Positions 9,538 through 16,945 of a DNA stretch of 58,515 bases are shown one piece after another. Positions within the stretch are counted from its first letter, which is position 1. Every line of letters starts with the position of its first letter. The notes beneath the pieces are model-generated. The model was not told the origin of the DNA, made no database searches, and saw only the letters and a list, made by a program, of their open reading frames with translations. The DNA is from an uncultured Planctomycetaceae bacterium (GTDB taxonomy: Bacteria > Planctomycetota > Phycisphaerae > SM23-33). The position numbers and the translations under genes were made by a program. The stretch covers positions 1 through 58,515 of the forward strand of contig CAYZPY010000001.1 in NCBI GenBank assembly GCA_964480425.1, given 5' to 3'.

Positions 9538-11283
9538 TTATTTTCCGGCCTTGTCCCAGTTTATCTGCCGTCGGAGTAGTTCGACGGCTTCGATGCCCAG
9601 GCGGTCTTCGAGTTGCGCCTCGAAGAGACTCCGCGGCCAGACTCGCCGCCCGAAACTCTCGAACATTCCGTTGCCGATTTTGGGTCCTTCGCCGATGAGC
9701 GGGACGCCTTTGCCGCGGTAGAATTGGCGGTGTTTTTCGTGGTCGCCCTCCAGGGCGTAGCATCCGATTGCCCAGTTGTAGGTAATCGGCGGCTTGGCAG
9801 GGGGCGGCTGCATCACCACTATCGCCACCGCACCGCAGTTCCAGAAGGTGGAGTTGGCCCCTCGCCACTGCGTGCCGCCCCGGGTGGAGTTTTGAAGTTC
9901 GGCCCCGGTGACGCGGACGTTGTCGAACAGGTCGCCCACCACCCATCCGAAGTGCGGTCCGGGCCCGCCCACGTCGCCCTCGCTGAGGCAGTCCAGGTAC
10001 ACCCGCGGTCCGCCGCTGCCGTAGCCCGTGTTGAAAGAGTGCCGCGAATAGTTGGCGTAGCAGCGGTGGATCAGCACCTCCGCGCCGGATACGTTGAAGG
10101 CGTAGCGGGCGACATAGCCCAGGCCCTGGTAATACTTCGGGTCGGCCATGATCACCCGGCAGTCCTTGATGGTGGTCCTGTCGCTGCGGACCATGAACCC
10201 GGTGCCCAGGAAATACTTCGTGCTGACGTCGCGGAACCACATGTTTCGCCCGCCGGCCACCGACACCGCGCAGGGGCTGTGGGTCTGGGGGTCCTTGCCA
10301 TGCTCGTCGGGCTCGAAAACCGACACCAGCGTCATGTTCTCCATGCCCACGTTGCTGATAACGTCGCTTTCGGTGTATTTGGCGATGTATCCCCCGCCGT
10401 AAACCTTTGCGATGGGATTATACACGGGGCGGTCCACCGTGATAGTGTCACCCTCGATTGCGGTGATTTTGCAGTAGACCTTTTCGCGCGTGGCGGGTCG
10501 GGCGATTCGCCCGCCCCAGTCGTGGGGAACTTTGCCCTCGCCGTCCAGCGCGGGCGCGAACTTGGGATGCCCCATTACCCTGGTGCACCAACGCTGGTTC
10601 TGTCGGCGGGCAACGAGTATCTCGTCGCCGACCTCGTAGCCGTCGGTCGATTCGACCTGTAGCGTGGTGGAGTTTATGGGCATGTACCGGCTGGTGATTT
10701 CGCGTCGGGTGTCACTGATTTCGCTGCGATCGATGCGCCGCCCCATGGTAATGAACTTGTGATTCCATCCCTGGCGTGTCCAGCGGGCTTTCTTGTCGCC
10801 CCTGAAGGTGGCGCGGAGGATGGTGCCGCCGTCGGGGAACTGTCCGCGTCCGCGGAGCACCACGCCCGAGGCGTTTATGGTCAGCGATTTTGCGATTTCG
10901 TATTCGCCCGCCTCCAACAGCAGCGCGCCGCGGAAGCCGTCGTCGCTAAGCGGCATTTTGCTCAACTTGTCTATTGCCCTCTGGATGCGCGCGGTGTCGT
11001 CGGCGTCGTCGGCGTCGTCGGCGACGGTGATCTTGACGGGAACCATCGGGATGGGCGCCTCGCCGCGCATGTACCCGGCGTAGGAGTAATCGGGAATGCG
11101 ATTGCCCCAGCGGTCACGGGCGTAAACCAGTTCGCCCCCCGCGCCCGGACGGGCCCATTGGCTGAGGTTTATGTTCTTTTGAATCTGCTCTGCGGCAAGG
11201 GGCGCTTCGCCGACGGCGACGATCGGCGATATGCTCAAAATCAAAACGATAACCAGGCGTCCTGAGGTGAATGTGGATTTCAT
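9538..11283 (-). CDS. Secreted right-handed beta-helix (pectin-lyase-fold) protein of an uncharacterised family; candidate glycanase
   Basis: 581-aa ORF with an N-terminal signal peptide (MKSTFTSGRLVIVLILSISPIVAVGEA). It carries a pectate_lyase_3-like start (TARIQRAIDKLS...GALLLEAGEYEI...SGVVLRGRG). It is paralogous to both halves of the 50202-53759 ORF. Function is not assignable from sequence. Confidence 0.8.
   Translation of the reverse strand: MKSTFTSGRLVIVLILSISPIVAVGEAPLAAEQIQKNINLSQWARPGAGGELVYARDRWGNRIPDYSYAGYMRGEAPIPMVPVKITVADDADDADDTARIQRAIDKLSKMPLSDDGFRGALLLEAGEYEIAKSLTINASGVVLRGRGQFPDGGTILRATFRGDKKARWTRQGWNHKFITMGRRIDRSEISDTRREITSRYMPINSTTLQVESTDGYEVGDEILVARRQNQRWCTRVMGHPKFAPALDGEGKVPHDWGGRIARPATREKVYCKITAIEGDTITVDRPVYNPIAKVYGGGYIAKYTESDVISNVGMENMTLVSVFEPDEHGKDPQTHSPCAVSVAGGRNMWFRDVSTKYFLGTGFMVRSDRTTIKDCRVIMADPKYYQGLGYVARYAFNVSGAEVLIHRCYANYSRHSFNTGYGSGGPRVYLDCLSEGDVGGPGPHFGWVVGDLFDNVRVTGAELQNSTRGGTQWRGANSTFWNCGAVAIVVMQPPPAKPPITYNWAIGCYALEGDHEKHRQFYRGKGVPLIGEGPKIGNGMFESFGRRVWPRSLFEAQLEDRLGIEAVELLRRQINWDKAGK
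10996..11022 (-). repeat. In-frame 9-bp tandem repeat (GTCGTCGGC)x3 encoding ADDADDADD inside the beta-helix gene
   Basis: Read directly: gtcgtcggc gtcgtcggc gtcgtcggc at 10996-11022. Confidence 0.9.
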
Positions 11284-11460
11284 GTGCTCAAACTTCCTTT
11301 CGTTCAGGTAATAATCTTGTTGACTACTGGCAGCCCGCGGACAATCCGTAGGCTTACACGCGCGGCGGATTACTTCTTTTTAGTCACCCTCAAGGCGATA
11401 GCGTAATCGCAGGGAGCCCCTGCCGCACATACCGACCAACGCAACGATGCAGACTAATAT

Positions 11461-11500
11461 AGCGCAATTGCGTTTATAGTGCAATTGCGTTTCATTTTTT
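11461..11500. terminator. Hairpin formed by two copies of the palindrome GCAATTGC (17-bp period), flanked by A/T tracts. It is either an intrinsic terminator after the fucosidase genes or an operator upstream of the beta-helix gene.
   Basis: The sequence is agcGCAATTGCgtttatagtGCAATTGCgtttcatttttta. That gives a 9-bp perfect stem (11463-11471 with 11481-11489), extendable by G.T and A.T pairs, and a 9-nt loop. A T-rich run lies on the plus side and an A-rich run on the other. It sits 20 nt beyond the GH29 stop at 11512. Confidence 0.4.
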
Positions 11501-11511
11501 ATTTATTAATT

Positions 11512-13080
11512 TTACCCGGCCGAGGGTTGCAGCGAGATCTCGAAGCCGGTGAGTTTGAAGACGTACGCGTGTTTGCAGGGGCGGGCGCTTTCCTTCAGGT
11601 CGGGCGGTTCGATGCTTATGCGCCCGTCATCGCCGATTTCGTACTTCAGCGGTTTGTCGTAGCCCAGGAGCATAACCTTGCCCTTTCCCGAGGCCTTGAC
11701 GGATTCGAGCACGATAGTCTTGTCTTCGGGCCAGCCCAGCGTGATGGCGTACAGCGCCTCGTCGTTTTTGGTGCGCGTATATCGCACGTCCTTTCCCGTG
11801 TACTTGACCTCGTCGACGAAGTGCCCGCCTTTTTTCATCTTCGTGGGTCCTTCGCCGTAAACTTTCCACGGGCGGGTGTTGTAAATCGCCTCCCCGTTAC
11901 AGTTCAGCCAGGCGCCCATCTGAAGCAGTATCTCTTTCTGCTTGTCGGGGATGGTTCCGTCGGACCTGGGCGAAATGTTCAAAAGCAAACAGCCGTTCTT
12001 GGATACGATGTCAATGAAATCGTGAATCACCCTTGTGGGGGGCTTTATCACGAGTTCACTGGTGTACGACCACGAACCGGACGTCCGCCACGGTCCGGCG
12101 GAGATGGTGTCGTCGGTCAGCCAGACGTTCTGTTTAAGGTCCTTGGCGCGTCCCTTCTCGAAATCCTCCACCGACAGGTCCAGCGGAAGGTCCTTCTGCT
12201 TGCGGGTGACGACCACGGACTTGTCCCACTGGGCGGCGCGGTTGAAGTAGTACGCCAGGTACTTCCGCTGGTGCTCGGGGGGTATGGTGTCCAGCCAGGA
12301 GTCGAACCACATGAGGTCCGGCTGATACTTGTCGATGACCTCGGCGAGTTTGGTCAGCCAGACCTTGTGGAACTTGTCTTTGGTCATGTTTCCGTAGAGC
12401 ATCCGGAGTTTGGGGTCATCCGAGGCGGTTGGCCAGCCCTTGACGCGGTTGTAGTGTATCCTGTTGCGGGCGTGGTGAAAGGAGGTGACGAACTTCATGC
12501 CGCGTTTTCGGGCGGCCTTTGCCAGCATGCCCGTAACGTCGCGCTTCGGTCCGGTTTCGGCCGCGTTCCAGGGCGTGATTTCGCTGTCCCACATGGAGTA
12601 ACCGTCGTGGTGCTCGGCCACGGGACCGATGTACTTCGCCCCGGCCTTTTCGAACAGCGCCACCCACCGCTCGGCGTCGAACTTCTCGGCCTTGAACATC
12701 GGGACAAAATCGTGATACCCGAACTTGTCCGGCGGGCCGTAGGTCTTGACGTGGTGCTTGTGAACGTGGTCTTTCTTCTTGTGCATGTGGCAGGGGTACC
12801 ACTCGTTGCCGTATTCCGGCACGCAGTACACGCCCCAGTGGAAGTAGATTCCGAATTTTGCGTCGCGGAACCACTGGGGCGCCGCGGTGTGTTTGGAAAG
12901 CGACTCCCAGTCGGGCTTGAACGGGCCCTGCCTGTTGACCTTCTCGATCTTGTCGACCCACCGGTTTATTACGCGCACGTTTTCGGCCGGGTCGAAATCT
13001 TTCCCCGGTGCGTCGGCAGAGGCAAAGACCGCCGCCGCAATCGCGCACGTGGCGAGTATCTTCGTATTTCGTCCTTTCAT
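11512..13080 (-). CDS. Alpha-L-fucosidase, GH29 (copy 1)
   Basis: 522-aa ORF with a signal peptide and GH29 hallmarks: WFRDAKFGIYFHWGVYCVPEYGNEWY, AGAKYIGPVAEHHDGYSMWDS, IDIVSKNGCLLLNISP. A GAGGA RBS lies ~9 nt upstream of the ATG. Confidence 0.93.
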   Translation of the reverse strand: MKGRNTKILATCAIAAAVFASADAPGKDFDPAENVRVINRWVDKIEKVNRQGPFKPDWESLSKHTAAPQWFRDAKFGIYFHWGVYCVPEYGNEWYPCHMHKKKDHVHKHHVKTYGPPDKFGYHDFVPMFKAEKFDAERWVALFEKAGAKYIGPVAEHHDGYSMWDSEITPWNAAETGPKRDVTGMLAKAARKRGMKFVTSFHHARNRIHYNRVKGWPTASDDPKLRMLYGNMTKDKFHKVWLTKLAEVIDKYQPDLMWFDSWLDTIPPEHQRKYLAYYFNRAAQWDKSVVVTRKQKDLPLDLSVEDFEKGRAKDLKQNVWLTDDTISAGPWRTSGSWSYTSELVIKPPTRVIHDFIDIVSKNGCLLLNISPRSDGTIPDKQKEILLQMGAWLNCNGEAIYNTRPWKVYGEGPTKMKKGGHFVDEVKYTGKDVRYTRTKNDEALYAITLGWPEDKTIVLESVKASGKGKVMLLGYDKPLKYEIGDDGRISIEPPDLKESARPCKHAYVFKLTGFEISLQPSAG

Positions 13081-13099
13081 TTTCGCGTTCCTCTTGTTG

Positions 13100-14674
13100 C
13101 TACTTCTTGGCGGCGGGGTGCAGGGCTGTCTTAAAGCCGCTCAACTTAAAGACATACGCGTATTTGCACGGCCGGTCCTTTTCTTTCAAATCCGGCACGT
13201 TAATGACGGGTCGGTCTGCGGAGTCGAGTTTATACTTCACCGTGCCCTTGTAGCCCAGGAGCATAACCTTTCCCTTTCCCACGACCTTGACGGATTCGAG
13301 CACGATAGTCTTATCTTCGGGCCAGCCCATAACGATGGCGTAGAGGTTCTCGTTGTCCTTGCTGCGCGTGTAGCGGATGTCCTTTGCGGTGTAGGTGATG
13401 GTCCTCGCCGCCCGCTTGTCCTTCATGCGCGTGGGTCCTTCGCCGAACGTCAGCCAGGGGCGGGTGTCGTAAATCGCCTCGCCGTTGACGTCAAGCCAGG
13501 CGCCCATCTCCAGGAGAATCTTCTTCTGGTCGTCGGGGATGGTTCCGTCGGCCTTGGGGGCGATGTTGAACAGCAAACAGCCGTTCTTGGAGACGATGTC
13601 AATGAAATCGTGCAGAACCTTCGAGGTGGTCTTCAGCGGCAGGTTCTTTGTGTAGCACCAACTGGTCTGGCTGATGGAATCGTCGGTCAGCCAGCAGTAA
13701 TCGGTCAGTTCCTCGGCGCGTCCTCTTTCTATGTCCAGGACGGAAACCTCCGGGGGATACTGCCGATGTTTGGAGGTCACCACCACGTCCTTGTCCCACT
13801 TTTTGGCGCTGTTGAAGTAGTACGCAAGGTAACGCTTGTGGTAGGAATCCTTGATGTAATCCAGTTTTCCGTCGTGCCAGATGAGGTCCGGGTGGTACTT
13901 GTCGATGACCTCGCCGAGTTTTGCCAGGAATATCTCGTAATAGGTCTCGTCCGAGACGTTGGCGTATAGCATGCGCAGGACGGGGTCGGTGGTATTCACG
14001 GGCCAGTCGGGCTTGTCCTTGGGGCGGGGGTACCACCACTTTGTCCGCTCGTGGTGGAATGTGGTCACGAACTTCATGCCGCGCTTGCGAATGGCCTTTT
14101 CCAGCAGTCCGGTGAAGTCCTTGCGCGGGCCCTTGTCAACGGAGTTCCACGGCGTTATGTCGCTGTCCCACAGGGAGAAACCGTCGTGATGTTCGACGAC
14201 CGGTCCGGCGTACTTGGCTCCGGCCTTTTTGCACAGTTCCGCCCATTCGTCGGCGTCGAATTTTTCGGCCTTGAACATCGGAACAAAGTCGTGATACCCG
14301 AACTCGTCCGGCTGGCCGTAGGTCTTGAGGTGGTAATTGTAATAACTGCGGCGACTGTCCTTCTTGCTCTTTTTGTGCATCCGGCGGGGGTACCACTCGT
14401 TTCCGTGGGCCGGTACGCTGTAAACCCCCCAGTGCCAGTAGATGCCGAACTTGGCGTCGCGGAACCATTCGGGCGCCTCTTCGTGCTTTTCGAGGTCCTT
14501 CCAGTCGGCCTTGTACGGACCTGCGGCGACGCCCTTGTCGATCCTGGCCAGTTGCTTCTTGATGGCCTGGGCGTACTTTTCGGGCAGTTCACCCCCGCGG
14601 GCGGGTGTCGCAACGGACATTCCCACGACAATAGCGGCGGCAATTAAAAGCCCCAGTTTTATACGCATGTTCAT
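13100..14674 (-). CDS. Alpha-L-fucosidase, GH29 (copy 2)
   Basis: 524-aa ORF with a signal peptide. It carries the same GH29 motifs (WFRDAKFGIYWHWGVYSVPAHGNEWY, VVEHHDGFSLWDS, IDIVSKNGCLLFNIAP). A GAGGAG RBS lies upstream. Confidence 0.93.
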   Translation of the reverse strand: MNMRIKLGLLIAAAIVVGMSVATPARGGELPEKYAQAIKKQLARIDKGVAAGPYKADWKDLEKHEEAPEWFRDAKFGIYWHWGVYSVPAHGNEWYPRRMHKKSKKDSRRSYYNYHLKTYGQPDEFGYHDFVPMFKAEKFDADEWAELCKKAGAKYAGPVVEHHDGFSLWDSDITPWNSVDKGPRKDFTGLLEKAIRKRGMKFVTTFHHERTKWWYPRPKDKPDWPVNTTDPVLRMLYANVSDETYYEIFLAKLGEVIDKYHPDLIWHDGKLDYIKDSYHKRYLAYYFNSAKKWDKDVVVTSKHRQYPPEVSVLDIERGRAEELTDYCWLTDDSISQTSWCYTKNLPLKTTSKVLHDFIDIVSKNGCLLFNIAPKADGTIPDDQKKILLEMGAWLDVNGEAIYDTRPWLTFGEGPTRMKDKRAARTITYTAKDIRYTRSKDNENLYAIVMGWPEDKTIVLESVKVVGKGKVMLLGYKGTVKYKLDSADRPVINVPDLKEKDRPCKYAYVFKLSGFKTALHPAAKK

Positions 14675-14704
14675 AATTTTCTCTCCTCAAATGGATTAAA
14701 CGAA

Positions 14705-16669
14705 TCAGTCGACCTTGTTAAGTTCCAGGTTCCACAGGTTGATGGTGTTCCATTTCTTCGGACTGGCGGGTTTGGCCACGACCTCGTACGTGCCGGGGGC
14801 GGCGATTTTGACTTGCCCAATCGAGGCCGTTTGCCTGTTGCCGAAACCGCCGGTTTCGGACAGGTCCGACTCGGCGTTCTGCTCGGCGATTTCGACGACC
14901 AGGCGGGTCGAGTTCGGGGAGGCGTACGAGGCCGAAATCTTGTACGAGTCCTTTTCCTTTACGGCGACCTTCCAGACGACCTTGTCCTTTCCGGAGTTCC
15001 AGTAGCCGATGTTCTGGTCCTGGTATTTGTCTTCCAGTCTCAGCGAGCCGGCCAGCGCCGCCTCGCCTGCGCCGAGGGTAAGGTCTTTGCTGACGGCTTT
15101 GGGTAAGGGTTTGTCCGGGTCGAATCCGGGCCGAACGCCGATGTCGAAGCCGCTTATCTTAAATACGTAGGCATGCTCGCACGGACGTTGGTCCTGGGAC
15201 AGTTCGGGCACGTTGATGAGCAGGTGCTTCTCGTCGGTGATGGTGTACGTCAGCGGCTTTTCGTAGCCAAGCATCGCGACCTTGCCCTCACCGGAGACCA
15301 CCGCCGAGCGGAGGGTGAATTTATCGCCCTGTAACCAGCCCATAACGATTGCGTACAGCGACTCGCCGTCTTTGGATCGCGTATAGCGCACGTCCTTTCC
15401 CGTGTACTTGACCTCGCCGACGAAGTGCCCGCCCTTTTTCATCCGGGCGGTTCCTTCGCCGTAAATCTCCCACGGTCGGGTGTTGTAAATCGCCTCGCCG
15501 TTTACGTCCAGCCAGGCGCCCATCTCCAGCAGGACCTTCTTCTGGTCGTCCGGAATCATGCCGTTGGCCTTGGGAGAGATGTTCAGCAGCAAACAGCCGT
15601 TCTTGGAGACGATGTCTATGAAATCGTGAAGGACCCGGCGTGTATCCTTGATGCGAAGGCCCTTCGTATAGCACCACGACCCGCGGCTGATGGTGTCGTC
15701 GGTCAGCCAGGCGTAATCGGTGAGTTTGTCGGCGCGTCCCTTCTCGAAGTCCAGCACGGAGATTTCCCGGGGATACTGCCAGTTCTTGGTGGTCACCACG
15801 ACGTCCCTGCCCCATTTCTTGGCGCTGTTGAAGTAGTACGCCAGGTAGCGGGCGCTGTAAGACTTGTTGATGTGTCCCAGCGCGCCGTCGTGCCAGATGA
15901 GGTCCGGCTGGTACTTGTCGATGACCTCCCCGAGTTTGGCGATGAAGATCTTGTAGTACGTCTCGTTCGAGACGTTTGCGTATAGCATCCGCAGGACGGG
16001 GTCCTCGGTGGTGGTGGGCCAGCCCTCGACGCGCGGATACCACCACTTTGTCCGCTCGTGGTGGAATGTGGTCACGAACTTCATGCCGCGTTTGCGAATG
16101 GCCTTTTCCAGCAGACCGGTCAGGTCCTTCTTTGGGCCCATGTCGGCGGCGTTCCAGGGGGTGATGTCGCTGTCCCACATGGAGAAACCGTCGTGATGCT
16201 CGACGACCGGTCCGGCGTACCGGGCGCCCGCCTTTTTGCAAAGTTCCGCCCATTCGTCGGCGTCGAATTTTTCGGCCTTGAACATCGGAACGAAATCGTG
16301 ATAGCCGAACTCGTCCGGCTGGCCGTACGTCTTGACGTGATGCTTGTAGTATCTCTTGTTCTTGACGTGCATCCACTTGGGATACCACTCGTTTCCGTAG
16401 GCGGGCACGCTGTAAACCCCCCAGTGCCAGTAGATGCCGAACTTGGCGTCGCGGAACCATTCGGGCGCCGCTTCGTGCTTCTCGAGGTCCTTCCAGTCGG
16501 GCTTGTACGGACCGGCGGCGTTGAGTTTGTCCATCTTTGAGATTTGCTTCTCTATCGCCCGGGCGTACTTCCGGGGTATTTCGTCCGCGCCGGTCCGGGG
16601 CGCAGATGCAATACACATGGCGGCCAGCGATAACGCGCACAGCGCCGCGAATTGTTTACGGATAATCAT
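14705..16669 (-). CDS. Alpha-L-fucosidase, GH29 (copy 3) with an extra C-terminal ~140-aa CBM-like beta-sandwich module
   Basis: The ORF track gives 14705-16711. I prefer the ATG at 16669, which is preceded by AAGGAG 7 nt upstream and begins a signal peptide (MIIRKQFAALCALSLAAMCIASA). GH29 motifs are as in copy 2. The C-terminal tail (…NIGYWNSGKDKVVWKVAVKEKDSYKISASYASP…) is absent from copies 1 and 2. Confidence 0.9.
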   Translation of the reverse strand: MIIRKQFAALCALSLAAMCIASAPRTGADEIPRKYARAIEKQISKMDKLNAAGPYKPDWKDLEKHEAAPEWFRDAKFGIYWHWGVYSVPAYGNEWYPKWMHVKNKRYYKHHVKTYGQPDEFGYHDFVPMFKAEKFDADEWAELCKKAGARYAGPVVEHHDGFSMWDSDITPWNAADMGPKKDLTGLLEKAIRKRGMKFVTTFHHERTKWWYPRVEGWPTTTEDPVLRMLYANVSNETYYKIFIAKLGEVIDKYQPDLIWHDGALGHINKSYSARYLAYYFNSAKKWGRDVVVTTKNWQYPREISVLDFEKGRADKLTDYAWLTDDTISRGSWCYTKGLRIKDTRRVLHDFIDIVSKNGCLLLNISPKANGMIPDDQKKVLLEMGAWLDVNGEAIYNTRPWEIYGEGTARMKKGGHFVGEVKYTGKDVRYTRSKDGESLYAIVMGWLQGDKFTLRSAVVSGEGKVAMLGYEKPLTYTITDEKHLLINVPELSQDQRPCEHAYVFKISGFDIGVRPGFDPDKPLPKAVSKDLTLGAGEAALAGSLRLEDKYQDQNIGYWNSGKDKVVWKVAVKEKDSYKISASYASPNSTRLVVEIAEQNAESDLSETGGFGNRQTASIGQVKIAAPGTYEVVAKPASPKKWNTINLWNLELNKVD

Positions 16670-16914
16670 GATCGAACTCCTTTTCCGTCGTGAATCCTCA
16701 AATTTCAACATAATTCGCCGTTAGTCTTCAATATATAAATCAAATTATCCACTATTGGTTTCGGGTAAATTCAATTCAAAAATCCCTTGGCGCGACGATG
16801 CTCAATTGCCCGGGGAATATAGAAACCCCCGCAGCGACGTCGCCGCTTGCCGATAGAATTCCATAAAACCCGGTGGCGATTCGCGACCCGCGGGTGGATA
16901 ATGCAGCCGTTACC

Positions 16915-16945
16915 CGGACGTGCGACGTGAAAGGAAGATAATGGA
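16915..16945 (+). repeat. 31-bp exact direct repeat, copy 1 (the sulfatase 5' leader, RBS and start codon)
   Basis: CGGACGTGCGACGTGAAAGGAAGATAATGGA is read at 16915-16945 and again at 18390-18420. It contains a tandem GACGTG-c-GACGTG. Confidence 0.9.

Noticed and set aside
16834-16843. The 10-bp perfect palindrome GCGACGTCGC in the divergent GH29/sulfatase promoter region, considered as an operator.
   Set aside because: GC-rich 10-bp palindromes are expected by chance in this composition. There is no second copy or partner regulator in view.
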